From NCBI GenBank assembly GCA_964429275.1, contig CAYSBJ010000002.1, positions 1-64,000 on the forward strand: a DNA stretch of 64,000 bases, read 5' to 3'. Shown here piece by piece: positions 1 through 9,771 of the stretch (position 1 is its first letter; every line of letters starts with the position of its first letter). The notes beneath the pieces were generated by a model. That model worked only from the letters and a program-made list of their open reading frames with translations. It was not told the DNA's origin and made no database searches. The DNA comes from an uncultured Pseudomonadota bacterium. Lineage in GTDB: Bacteria > Babelota > Babeliae > Babelales > JAUPTZ01. A program made the position numbers and the translations under genes.

Positions 1-7
1 CGCGCAG

Positions 8-59
8 TCCGCCGAAGTCCGCCTTTGCACCGTTGGTGCGATGGTGTGACGAAGGGGGA
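8..59. repeat. Nested palindromic module: hairpin module A (TCCGCC..GTGAC) inside module B (TCCGCCGAAG..GAAGG)
   Basis: tccgccgaag[tccgcctttgcaccgttggtgcgatggtgtgac]gaaggggga; module A recurs at 16430, ~38519-38553 (minus) and 59815. Confidence 0.6.
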
Positions 60-336
60 GGGGGTTGACAGGGGATGAGGAAAGAGGTTGAATGGAGACT
101 GTCCGCGTTAGCGGTATAGAAGTTGTGTGCCAAAAATTCCGGCATCTGTTACAAGGCGATCCTGGCCGTGAACAGGATCATGTTCCATGTGTAGCAGGTG
201 CCGGTTTTGTATTAAATACCTTGGGGGAATAGGTCATCGATGGTTGGGGTAAAATAATCAGTATATAAAAGTTGCAGAGCACCGAATTTTGCGGTAGCGT
301 GGCCGTACCTTGTATTCTTTTGGGAAAGGCTTGTCT

Positions 337-3300
337 ATGGTTACCTCTACAAAACTAGTAAAGCATATCAAAACAATTCTATTGGTTTCTCCCATTGCGG
401 CTGCTCTCAGCGTGCCGTGGCTTTGCACCTCTGAGGCGCTTCCCTTAGCAGAATCAACGGCTGTAGCCGTTTCAAAACCATCTCAATTTTCGGCTTTATT
501 TTCTCTGCCGCCTGGCAGCCGGTTGGCCAGCTTTCACGTTATGGACGAACTTCCCCGTGGAGATGGGCATGTGCGGTGCCCTGGCATGTATCCAGTATTT
601 TTTTGTGACGCTAGTGACGGTGGTGTTATGGAAAAAGCTCTTGCTCATGTGAGTTTGCTTTCTGAGTGGTCAAGTTCCTCAGAAAAATCAAAAAAGCAAT
701 ATCAATTTCGAGCCTTATTGAATAAACCGAAGAGTGTAAATCCGAGTCCATATAATCCGGCTCTTTCGGTAGTCAAGGCTGCTTTTGGTGTTCGTTATAG
801 AGACGTCCGATCTGTCGGCGGGAATCTTCTCATTGTGCGCTCACGCGTGGGTGACGATTTGCTACGTCCTCAGTTTCAGCATTTATATCTTCCTTTTTCT
901 GTTGGGTCTCGCTATTTGCGTCGGGTGAGCGAAGGAGTTTGTACTTTGCCGACGGGGCTCTCGCTTGAACTGATTTGGGCTCTTGTGACAACTCTTGATG
1001 CGGCTTCTACTGTGCAGGAACGCGAGGCAAAGCTTGTAGCGTTATATAGAAGCTTTGACGGTGCGGTTAGCTTTGGTGATGTACAGCGACTTCTTCAGTT
1101 GATGGCAAAGAATACGCAGCTGTTTAGTGAGGAACTATGTCACTGGGCTGCATATCTTGCGCTTTTTTTGCATAAGGGCTCAGATGTTACAACGCTGAAA
1201 AAAGAGTTCTCTTGGATTTATAGCCAAGCTATTTTAGTTTCTTGGCTTGCGAGTGCTGCTGAGCTCTATAACAATGATTCGACGCGGTCGAGCCTTAATA
1301 TTTTGAGTGTATTGAGTGCGGCTGTTGCTACTGATGGGGCTTCTGAGGTAGGTAGTGTCGCTGATGCAGCAAGCTTCTGTGGAACGCTGGCCGCGACTGA
1401 GTCTGCGCTGGAAACGCCAGCGGCACCGGCACCAAAACGAGGATGTGTGCTCACTTCATTCTACGCAAAAAATAGCGGATGCATACAACATCCGAGCGAT
1501 GTCCCAGTTTTCCGGTTTGATGCTGCTGAGGCGCCTGCAGTTCGTGCGGCGCTTGTCGAGGCCGGATATCTGGTCGAAACACATACGCTCCATGGTCATT
1601 CTAGCCGCTATTTTGATTCTGGTCCTGAGTATGGGGTTACTCTGCCGGGAGACGGGGCTTGTCGGGGGAGTGTTGAAGAAGTAGTGTCTGGGGTGCTGAG
1701 TAGTTCATATGAGGCGGTTTTTATCGTAGAATCTGGCTTCGAGCAATTGTGTTTACCCTTGAGTCAATATGCCAAGTGGTTTTCAGCGGCAGATGGCGGC
1801 GTATGTCACATAAAAAGCACAGGGTCGCTTGATGTATTATGGGTGGTAATGCAAGCCCTGGAGCATGGTCCCTCTGTAGAATTACGCGAGCAAAAACTAC
1901 GTGGCTTTTGCCGTAAGTTGCCAAGATTGTTAACAGCTGACGCAGTCAAGCTATTTCTGACTTCTATGGCCGAAACGCCAGAAGCATTTTCTCCTGATCT
2001 TGGTTCCTGGGTGGCGTACCTGGGGCTGTTGCTTCATGAAAAAGCAGCATCAAGAAAGGTACAAAAGTCGCTTGCATGGGTGTATAGCAATGCGCTCATA
2101 CATGATTGGTTTAAGCAGGCGTTAAAAATGTACAAAAGTGTGGGAAAACGAAGTTCGTTTGATACTTTCGATTCGTTTTATAGTGATGTTGTGGGTTGCC
2201 ATGGTTTTGAGACCGATGATGAGGAAAGCGGTTATGTTCCCGAAGTTTCTGAGCTGAGTGGCACATATACTGTTTCTGTAACTGAGATTGTGCAGCTCAA
2301 TAAGCACGGGGTGCGCAGAACTGAAAAGCTTAAAGTTGTGTATATGGAAGGCTGCCAGACAGAGTACATAACGCGGGTTCTACTCTCTGGCGAAGCCGCA
2401 TGGCGTGATATTGCAGGGGCGCAGGTGATCATTGCTCGTGAATGTAATTTTAGCGATGGAGCTGGCTTGAAAGCATTTGTAAGGAATTTTCCAAAATTGC
2501 GTCATTTGTATGTGAATAGCTGCGATATCCGATCAGTGCCGGCTGATTTACTCGCTGGGGTGCCGTTGCTTGAGGTATTGGACCTTTCAAGTAATGGTAT
2601 AAAGGTTATTCCGGTCGGGTTTTTTGCACAAACGCCATATTTGTATCATGTGAACCTTTCGAGCAATCAATTGACGAGCATTTTTGACCCGATGGATACG
2701 TTGGAACGGGTCAGTTGTTTTGCCGCTTCTGACAACCGGTTACTCGGTAAATTCCCGGATCAATTTTTGGCTCGTGCTGAGCGCCTACAAATTTTTAATG
2801 TGGCGCGGTGTGGTTTGTTAGCAACATTGCCAGACAGTTTTCTATCTCGCACACATTCGGCACTGGCGTACTTTTTGGCTCCTGATACGGGATTGCTTGG
2901 AGGAGAAGTGAAGGACATGCTGCATCATCGTTGTCCGTCCTTGAAGCGTGCTATATGGCCTGGCGAAACAGAAACTGCTTTAACGTCAGTTCATGATACG
3001 CATCTTATCGCAGCTTTTCATCGACTTGTGAGTGAGCGTGTGTCGGCGGTGCAGTGTCGATATCCGATTTTGTTTAAAACGGTACCCGTTGAGCCAGTAG
3101 CAGTGGCGCCAGCGCGACGGTCGATCGAAGAGGTTCTTACCGCAGATGAAGGCGGGCTTGAAGAAAGCTTTCAAAAAAAAGTGGAAGAAGTACTTCGACA
3201 TCTGCATTTAGCTGCCAGCTTATATGGGGGGCTGTCTTCGTACAGCCGGTTTGATGAAGACAAGGCGCGTGAGGTTGCCCATGGTGAGGCCGAGCGTGCT

Positions 3301-4116
3301 TTTGCTGTGGCGCGAGAAAATAGGCGGGCACAAGCGGAGGCCGTGGTTGTGCAAGAGTGTGCTGCAGCAGAGCGATTGGTCTTTGAAAATAGTGAGCGGC
3401 GAAAGATGGCCGCAGAGCAAAATTCTTTAGCGGAACAGGCGGTTGTTGAGTGTAACACTTCTGCAGGTGTCGTGATCGGGTTATTGCAGGCATTCGAACC
3501 GCTTTTTGTTGCACTTCATCGCTATTGTTTATTACTTGGTCTTATGCGAGGCGGGCTTACGGAAGCTGAATATCGGTATGCGTTTGGCTCATTTACCGGT
3601 CTTGATGAAGATGCTGTACATACTCATTATAATCCGCATGCAATTCTTGATTTTTTTGAGCAAGCGAAGAAAAGCATGCTGTCTGAGGAGAGTTATGCGG
3701 CGCTCGTGGATTGTTTTGCAGTGCCCGAGTTGAGTGAGCGCTCATTGCAGTTGGCTCTTTTAACCCGTTCGAGCTATGCAGCAATGCAAACGCTGATGCA
3801 GAGCTATAAAGAGTTGCGAGCACTTGTTGGTGTTTTGGAGTGCCGCCTACACGAGCGAGCACCTACGGAATTGAGTACACCGGCCTTTCTTTCCGCAGAT
3901 GAACGGCAGGTCTGTCACCAAGCTGGCAGCATTGCTAACACATTGTTTGGGGTGTTGGTGGAAGCGCTTATCAAATGCGAGGAACCGATGCGTGCCTTGC
4001 ATGATGCTGGGGCGTTTGGAAAGGAAGAAACTCCTGAGGGGCATGCAGTATTTACCCGGGCGCGGATTGAGCTTGGTCGATGCGTGGCGATTGCCAAGCG
4101 CCTGGCGATTTCATAA
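337..4116 (+). CDS. Large putative secreted protein with leucine-rich repeats, a duplicated helical domain and a coiled-coil C-terminal part
   Basis: ORF 310-4116, likely ATG at 337; hydrophobic N-terminus; LRR consensus LEVLDLSSNGIKVIP, LYHVNLSSNQLTSI. Confidence 0.75.
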   Translation: MVTSTKLVKHIKTILLVSPIAAALSVPWLCTSEALPLAESTAVAVSKPSQFSALFSLPPGSRLASFHVMDELPRGDGHVRCPGMYPVFFCDASDGGVMEKALAHVSLLSEWSSSSEKSKKQYQFRALLNKPKSVNPSPYNPALSVVKAAFGVRYRDVRSVGGNLLIVRSRVGDDLLRPQFQHLYLPFSVGSRYLRRVSEGVCTLPTGLSLELIWALVTTLDAASTVQEREAKLVALYRSFDGAVSFGDVQRLLQLMAKNTQLFSEELCHWAAYLALFLHKGSDVTTLKKEFSWIYSQAILVSWLASAAELYNNDSTRSSLNILSVLSAAVATDGASEVGSVADAASFCGTLAATESALETPAAPAPKRGCVLTSFYAKNSGCIQHPSDVPVFRFDAAEAPAVRAALVEAGYLVETHTLHGHSSRYFDSGPEYGVTLPGDGACRGSVEEVVSGVLSSSYEAVFIVESGFEQLCLPLSQYAKWFSAADGGVCHIKSTGSLDVLWVVMQALEHGPSVELREQKLRGFCRKLPRLLTADAVKLFLTSMAETPEAFSPDLGSWVAYLGLLLHEKAASRKVQKSLAWVYSNALIHDWFKQALKMYKSVGKRSSFDTFDSFYSDVVGCHGFETDDEESGYVPEVSELSGTYTVSVTEIVQLNKHGVRRTEKLKVVYMEGCQTEYITRVLLSGEAAWRDIAGAQVIIARECNFSDGAGLKAFVRNFPKLRHLYVNSCDIRSVPADLLAGVPLLEVLDLSSNGIKVIPVGFFAQTPYLYHVNLSSNQLTSIFDPMDTLERVSCFAASDNRLLGKFPDQFLARAERLQIFNVARCGLLATLPDSFLSRTHSALAYFLAPDTGLLGGEVKDMLHHRCPSLKRAIWPGETETALTSVHDTHLIAAFHRLVSERVSAVQCRYPILFKTVPVEPVAVAPARRSIEEVLTADEGGLEESFQKKVEEVLRHLHLAASLYGGLSSYSRFDEDKAREVAHGEAERAFAVARENRRAQAEAVVVQECAAAERLVFENSERRKMAAEQNSLAEQAVVECNTSAGVVIGLLQAFEPLFVALHRYCLLLGLMRGGLTEAEYRYAFGSFTGLDEDAVHTHYNPHAILDFFEQAKKSMLSEESYAALVDCFAVPELSERSLQLALLTRSSYAAMQTLMQSYKELRALVGVLECRLHERAPTELSTPAFLSADERQVCHQAGSIANTLFGVLVEALIKCEEPMRALHDAGAFGKEETPEGHAVFTRARIELGRCVAIAKRLAIS

Positions 4117-4146
4117 CGGGCGTCTCTTAAAAAGAATCTTATCTTA

Positions 4147-4174
4147 AAAAACCGCCGGGGATCGGCGGTTTTTT
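4147..4174 (+). terminator. Rho-independent terminator (possibly bidirectional)
   Basis: aaaaaccgccgg-gga-tcggcggttttttt just after the LRR gene stop. Confidence 0.8.
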
Positions 4175-4298
4175 TATTATTTACATAAAACTGCTTTGTT
4201 TTTCGCTACTTATGATACACTAGCGACTGGGTAAAAAAACGACGGTGGTCTTGTGCGTGCACAAGGCCGTTTTTTAATAAGGTTAAATAGGGCACAAT

Positions 4299-5009
4299 AT
4301 GTATCTTTCAGTATTTTTGGCACGCAGTGGGGTTTGCTCGCGACGCAAAGCGGCCGAGTTGATTAAATCAGGTGATATTTCAGTGAACGGGGCTCCCGTT
4401 ATTGATCCTGCGTATGTTGTGCAGCCACAAGACAAAGTACTCTACATGGACCGTCGGGTCCAGTTGGAAAAACCAGTGTACGTTATGCTTAATAAGCCAC
4501 GCGGGGTTGTATCGACTTGCGCTGATGAAAAACGACGAAAAACAGTGGTTGATATGATTGAACTAAAGATTAACCGCCGCCAGGTGCGTTTGTATCCTGT
4601 TGGTCGATTGGACAAAGAAACGACTGGTTTGTTGGTGCTGACCAACGATGGGGTAACAGCCCAAAAGATGGCACATCCAAAGTATGAAATCAAAAAAACC
4701 TACATCGCCAAGCTGGATCATGAGTTTACGCATGAAGCGTATGAGCAGCTTAAAAAGGGGATGTTCCTTTACGACGGCCGGTTTGTGCCAGACAAGGTCT
4801 ACTATCCTCGTAAAAACAATAAATTTGTTGTTGGCCTCGTTGTTCATAGCGGTAAATACCGCGTTATTCGTCGTGCGTTTTATAAATTAGGGTATGAAGT
4901 CGATACTCTTGATCGTGTTGGGTATGGTTCGTTGAGTTTACACGGACTGGCGCGCGGTGCATGGCGATTGCTAAGCGCCGATGAAATTAAAGACTTTACG
5001 GGGGAATAG
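4299..5009 (+). CDS. rRNA pseudouridine synthase, RsuA/RluB family with S4 domain
   Basis: SRRKAAELI S4 motif, LNKPRG, catalytic GRLDKETTGLLVLTNDG. Confidence 0.92.
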   Translation: MYLSVFLARSGVCSRRKAAELIKSGDISVNGAPVIDPAYVVQPQDKVLYMDRRVQLEKPVYVMLNKPRGVVSTCADEKRRKTVVDMIELKINRRQVRLYPVGRLDKETTGLLVLTNDGVTAQKMAHPKYEIKKTYIAKLDHEFTHEAYEQLKKGMFLYDGRFVPDKVYYPRKNNKFVVGLVVHSGKYRVIRRAFYKLGYEVDTLDRVGYGSLSLHGLARGAWRLLSADEIKDFTGE

Positions 5010-5017
5010 TAACCTAT

Positions 5018-6799
5018 ATGTTTGGACCACTTAAACCTTATCTTAGGCCATACAAATGGCGTATTGTTTGGGCAAGTTTTTGCTCCATATGTAACCAAGT
5101 ATTTGATATTTCACAAGACGTCCTTATGGGTTTGATGGTTGACGTGGCCTTACAGTCGCAAAATTCTTTTGTGGCGCGCCTCGGCTTTGATACCATTCCA
5201 GCGCAGTTGCTTTTTTTTGTGGGGATTACCGTTCTTAACGGAAGTTTTGAGGCTCTATTTGAGTATCTCTATACCGACGCTTGGGGAAAAATTGCCCAAG
5301 ATGTTCAGCATGACATTCGGGTGCAACTGTATCGGCATCTGCAGAAATTGCCGCTTTCCTACTTTGAGTCGAACTCTATTGGGTCCTTAACTACGGTTGT
5401 GAACGATGACGTGAGCCGCCTTGAGCAGTTTTTGGATGGTGGTAATTACCAAAGTGTAAGCGCAATCCTTCAGATGATTTCTAGCACCATAACGGTGGGG
5501 ATAGTGTTGTTTGCCGTATCGCCCCTTATTATGTGTATTGCCTTTGTGCCAGTCCTTATTGTTGTCGCCTTAAGCTTTTACTTTAAGTATCGCTTGGGGA
5601 AATTATACAAACGGGTCCGCCGTGAAGCAGGAAGAATTGGGGGCATTGTGGCTCACAATATTCGCGGAATTGGAACAATTAAAAGTTTTGTAACGCATCT
5701 CTATGAGCAACGACGAGTGGAAAGTGCGAGCAGTGGTTATCGAGATGCTGGTAAGCAAGCAGTGCATACTTCGGCATTGTTTGTTTCAGCAGTGCGTCTT
5801 TCAGTAGCTTCTGGTTATGTTGCTTCGGTGGCGACCGGGGCTTTTTTACTTATGAATGGGGTGTTTACGACTGGTGCTTTTACGACTATGATCTTTGAAG
5901 CACAGAGGCTTATTTGGCCATTTATTGGGCTCCGTGACATTATCGATAGTTATGAGCGCGTCATGGCGGCAGCTTCTCGTATTGCGGGAGTGCTTAAGAC
6001 TCCGATCGAGACATTATATCGTTCAATTATCGTACCGTCTGAAGAAGTTCCAGATCCGCTTGATATCGGTGCCATTTCTTTCTCTCATGTTTCTTTTTCT
6101 TATAAGAGTGGGCGCCCCGTTCTGCGGGATGTATCGTTAACGATACCAGAAAATAAGACGGTTGCTTTTGTGGGTACTACCGGGTGCGGTAAAAGTACCA
6201 TTGTGAAGCTTTTGTTGCGTCTCTATAACCCGCAAGAAGGGAAGATTTTTGTAGATAATCGACTTTTACATGAAGTCGATGCGTATGCGCTTCGTCGTAG
6301 CATTGGCCTGGTGAGCCAGGAACTCTTTATGATTGCCGGTACTATTCGTGAAAACATTTGTTATGGCCTGCAAAAAGTAAGTGATGAGTTGGTGGTAGAA
6401 GCAGCAAAAGCAGCTGAAATACATGATTTTATCACGCAACTACCAGATGGATATGATACTAAGATGGAAGAGCGAGGGCAAATATTTTCTGGTGGTCAGT
6501 GTCAGCGGATCGCAATTGCTCGGGCGCTAGTCCGTCAGCCACAACTGTTGATTATGGATGAGGCGACTTCTGCTGTGGATAATGAAACAGAAGAAGCAAT
6601 TAACAAATCTATTGCTAAAATGCGCCATGAGCGGACTATTGTTCTTATTGCCCATCGACTTTCGGCAGTGCGCAATGCTGACATAATTTATGTGTTGGAT
6701 AAAGGCATGGTGCTGGAGCAAGGAGACCATGCTTCGCTTATTGCACTTGGTGGTCTGTACCATCGGTTATGGAAGATTCAGACTGGCGGTATTGTGTAG
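5018..6799 (+). CDS. ABC exporter, fused TMD-NBD (MsbA-like)
   Basis: N-terminal TM helices, GTTGCGKST, FSGGQ, IMDEATSAVD, AHRLS. Confidence 0.92.
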   Translation: MFGPLKPYLRPYKWRIVWASFCSICNQVFDISQDVLMGLMVDVALQSQNSFVARLGFDTIPAQLLFFVGITVLNGSFEALFEYLYTDAWGKIAQDVQHDIRVQLYRHLQKLPLSYFESNSIGSLTTVVNDDVSRLEQFLDGGNYQSVSAILQMISSTITVGIVLFAVSPLIMCIAFVPVLIVVALSFYFKYRLGKLYKRVRREAGRIGGIVAHNIRGIGTIKSFVTHLYEQRRVESASSGYRDAGKQAVHTSALFVSAVRLSVASGYVASVATGAFLLMNGVFTTGAFTTMIFEAQRLIWPFIGLRDIIDSYERVMAAASRIAGVLKTPIETLYRSIIVPSEEVPDPLDIGAISFSHVSFSYKSGRPVLRDVSLTIPENKTVAFVGTTGCGKSTIVKLLLRLYNPQEGKIFVDNRLLHEVDAYALRRSIGLVSQELFMIAGTIRENICYGLQKVSDELVVEAAKAAEIHDFITQLPDGYDTKMEERGQIFSGGQCQRIAIARALVRQPQLLIMDEATSAVDNETEEAINKSIAKMRHERTIVLIAHRLSAVRNADIIYVLDKGMVLEQGDHASLIALGGLYHRLWKIQTGGIV

Positions 6800-6824
6800 G
6801 AATTACTGAATGAGGGGTTGAAAG

Positions 6825-8159
6825 ATGGTTATGAAGAAATTACTGGCGTTCCTGCTTCTGTGTCATGTGGCATCAGCATTGATTGGCTTTGGTGATGATG
6901 CGGCCCGATCTTTTACAGATGCTTCGGTTCCTGTGACACAAAATGAAGTCATTAGTAAGCACCTTGAAAATAATCCTGTTGTCTCAGTGAAGTACCATGG
7001 AGAGGAGCTTAAGTGCTACCTTGTGAATGGTCGATCCGGAAAAGATTATCGAACTTTTTTGCTTCCCTGCAACCATATGGATGAGTACGCCTTTGAGGTT
7101 TATTATAGCTATTTTGATACCCCACAATTTGAAAAAATTATCCGAAAGCGCGCTGAAAGTGCTGTAACTATTCCAGAGACTATTGAAAAACCTAAGCCAC
7201 TTCAAGAGGCGCTTACGGTGCCTGAGGGTACTTTTCAAGGGGTCGATACTCTTGTGTTGCCAGCCGGTTCGCCGGTCCTGGGTTATGCATGGGCATTGCT
7301 GGCAGAAGAACGGTTTGACAACATGAAGCCTGAAACGCGTCAAGCGTTTCAGAGGCAAGAATTTAGTGATAGTGATATGAAGATATTGCTCAGTGGTCAG
7401 GGCCTTGAATTCAGTGCTCTGCTTGACAATTCTCGCGGTCTCGTGAATGGGTATATTACTCGTGATAATTCCGAAAAACAATCTTTCTTTTTGTGTGTTA
7501 CGTTAGAAAAGACTTATGAATCGATTACGCCGCAAATGGCGGGGCATGCCAAAAATGTATTGAAAGGATTAGGGCCTGCTGTTTACAGAGTCAATACCAG
7601 GACTAAACAGCTTACTCCGGTAACCCGTAACGAGATTTTTGGTCTTGAACCATGGTCAGACTACTCTACATCCCCTAAAACATTTCCAATGTGTGAGGGG
7701 TTGACGCTGAATGGGGTACCGATACCATTTACTTGGCCTGCGGAAGTGGTCAAAGATCCCATGACGGGAAAAAAAGCATATAAATTTGCTGGCACCGATT
7801 TGTTGCAGGATGCATCAGAAGAAGATCGCCCCTCAGGGAATATTGATAAAGATAAAGCAGCGTCTACTCAGCGCGCTCTTTTATCATCTCGCAATAAATG
7901 GGGATTGGCAGGGAGTGGTGGCGTTACGTTGATAATTTATCTGTTGCTACGACATAAAGCGGCACGGCTTGCAGAAGTTGAGGCGGAATTACTTGATCTG
8001 GCAAATCAAGGGGAAGAGGCTCCTTTAGAGTTGCTGGATGAAGCGGCTTCGCTACGGCGCTGGCGCAAAGGTCTTCAAGTTGCTGGGATTGGTGGGTTGG
8101 CTGCGGCAGCGTTCTTCGCGGCCCAGTTAGTGACGGCTGGCGGAGCTGATAATTCCTAG
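6825..8159 (+). CDS. Hypothetical exported protein with C-terminal TM-coil-TM hairpin
   Basis: Signal peptide MKKLLAFLLL..ASA; two Gly-rich hydrophobic segments at the C-terminus. Confidence 0.75.
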   Translation: MVMKKLLAFLLLCHVASALIGFGDDAARSFTDASVPVTQNEVISKHLENNPVVSVKYHGEELKCYLVNGRSGKDYRTFLLPCNHMDEYAFEVYYSYFDTPQFEKIIRKRAESAVTIPETIEKPKPLQEALTVPEGTFQGVDTLVLPAGSPVLGYAWALLAEERFDNMKPETRQAFQRQEFSDSDMKILLSGQGLEFSALLDNSRGLVNGYITRDNSEKQSFFLCVTLEKTYESITPQMAGHAKNVLKGLGPAVYRVNTRTKQLTPVTRNEIFGLEPWSDYSTSPKTFPMCEGLTLNGVPIPFTWPAEVVKDPMTGKKAYKFAGTDLLQDASEEDRPSGNIDKDKAASTQRALLSSRNKWGLAGSGGVTLIIYLLLRHKAARLAEVEAELLDLANQGEEAPLELLDEAASLRRWRKGLQVAGIGGLAAAAFFAAQLVTAGGADNS

Positions 8160-8261
8160 AAACAAGATCTATAGAGCTCGCAGGTGGTAATTTTGTATCG
8201 TTTCGAGCTTGTTAGTGAGGAAGGTAGTTATGAGAGCAGACTTAATGAAAGAAAAAAGTAT

Positions 8262-8693
8262 ATGAAAAAAATGAGTTTATTATGCCTAGTGTTGTTTACT
8301 TCTTTCGATCTTTCAGCGATAGCAAATCCTTATGGGCTGGGTTATAAGTCTGTTGGTCGTTGGTACCAGATCCTTATGCAAGAGAAGGATTGCCGGGCAT
8401 CTGAGATGCGCTCTGAAGCGGAAATAGAGCAACAAATAAAACAATGGAGAGGGGCCATAGATCCTACATTATTTCCCTTTCTTGAGCATGAGCGTGCAGT
8501 TGCAAAGCGCTTTGAAGCATTGAAGAATGAAGCAACTCCTCAAGGTGAGGGGCTTTCTCGGTATTCTTCCCATCACTGGCAAGGTCGGTTGTTGCAGACA
8601 GATCAAGAGCTTCTGGTATGTGCACTACGATCGGTTCCGATTCCGCGAGCTTTGAGAAAATTTAAGTCAAATCCATTTCCGGAATATGTATGA
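8262..8693 (+). CDS. Hypothetical secreted protein
   Basis: Likely start MKKMSLLCLVLFTSFDLSA (signal peptide) within ORF 8184-8693. Confidence 0.65.
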   Translation: MKKMSLLCLVLFTSFDLSAIANPYGLGYKSVGRWYQILMQEKDCRASEMRSEAEIEQQIKQWRGAIDPTLFPFLEHERAVAKRFEALKNEATPQGEGLSRYSSHHWQGRLLQTDQELLVCALRSVPIPRALRKFKSNPFPEYV

Positions 8694-8766
8694 TGGCAGT
8701 ATGCTTTATTTGCCGAGACAGGGGTCGGCAGTGTGTCGTTTTTAAATAGACTGTGGGGGTTAAATT

Positions 8767-9354
8767 ATGAAAAATATTGTTCGTGCGTTCTTACTTTTTT
8801 TGTTATTTCAGAGTACATCAGCAGCTCCCTTGGGTAATTCTTGGATGCCCGATTTGAGTACGCCAGATGGTAAAGTGCTTGTGGGCGCCCAGGCCGCAGT
8901 TATTCTTGGTGCTGCTGCTCTGTGGCGGAATAAGTATTACAGTAAAAAAGATAATGCCCTTATTGCGCGCCTTCTCGAACAACTAGACGCAATGAATTCA
9001 GATGAGGCTATTGAGGAAATTTTGGACACGGAGGGGGTCAGGCCTACTCCAGAAATGATCGATGCGTGGAAGGTTCTTGCGCAAACATCGAACAAAAAAA
9101 ATATTGTGATTACTAAGGTGTACAATGGATTATTTGTAGAAAATAACTTAGTAGAGACTAAGGTTGAGGGCCGTACGCCTATGACTCAATCAGCGCTCAA
9201 GTCTATTCAAAGCCAACTTCGTACTCGATGGGCCTTGCCTATGGGTAAAATCCTTGCGGGAACTGCTGGAGCAGGGCTTCTTGCGTTGTTTATTGCTAAA
9301 TACCGCGCATCAAAAAGGGCGTTTTCTGTTTCTGAAAGGTCTCTCTATGACTAG
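8767..9354 (+). CDS. Hypothetical exported membrane protein
   Basis: Signal peptide plus two hydrophobic segments. Confidence 0.7.
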   Translation: MKNIVRAFLLFLLFQSTSAAPLGNSWMPDLSTPDGKVLVGAQAAVILGAAALWRNKYYSKKDNALIARLLEQLDAMNSDEAIEEILDTEGVRPTPEMIDAWKVLAQTSNKKNIVITKVYNGLFVENNLVETKVEGRTPMTQSALKSIQSQLRTRWALPMGKILAGTAGAGLLALFIAKYRASKRAFSVSERSLYD

Positions 9355-9381
9355 GAGGCTAGGAGCTTGCTTTTTCACCTC

Positions 9382-9411
9382 TTGACAGTGAGGGTAGTAT
9401 TCGGGTAGCCT
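9382..9411 (+). promoter_or_regulatory. Putative sigma70 promoter of the Trp-leader/ABC operon
   Basis: TTGACA-N18-TAGCCT upstream of the leader ORF. Confidence 0.5.
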
Positions 9412-9454
9412 TATTACATATAAATTTACTTAACAGTATTACTAAGGTACATCT

Positions 9455-9511
9455 ATGGTTTCTTCTATGGTCGTGAGCATTGCTCGAAATTGGCGTGGTT
9501 GGCGCAAGTAA
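9455..9511 (+). CDS. Putative tryptophan attenuator leader peptide MVSSMVVSIARNWRGWRK
   Basis: 18-codon ORF with TAAGG SD and two TGG codons near the stop; followed by hairpins and a pyrimidine-rich tract, upstream of a PF04392 SBP operon. Confidence 0.7.
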   Translation: MVSSMVVSIARNWRGWRK

Positions 9512-9771
9512 CGTTCTTGTGTCCGTCGACTCTCACATTTCAACCGTAAAGAACCATAGTGTGTATCATTTTTTTTCTCTGCGTCTAGGCGTACTTCCTC
9601 ATTTCATTTCTTTTTTCTGTTGGTGGCCTCACGGCCAATCATAATTATAAGCCACGGCTGGGCGTTTTGCGTCCCTGCAGCCCGTGGATCTCACCATTTG
9701 CGTGTTGTTTGCCGTTCGCCCCATAGAGGCGACGCGGCGGTAATGAAAAAACCAACTTGAAAAGAAACATT

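Noticed and set aside
9420..9750. T-box riboswitch
   Set aside because: No AAnnnGGGTGGnACC antiterminator motif seen; a leader peptide explains the region better
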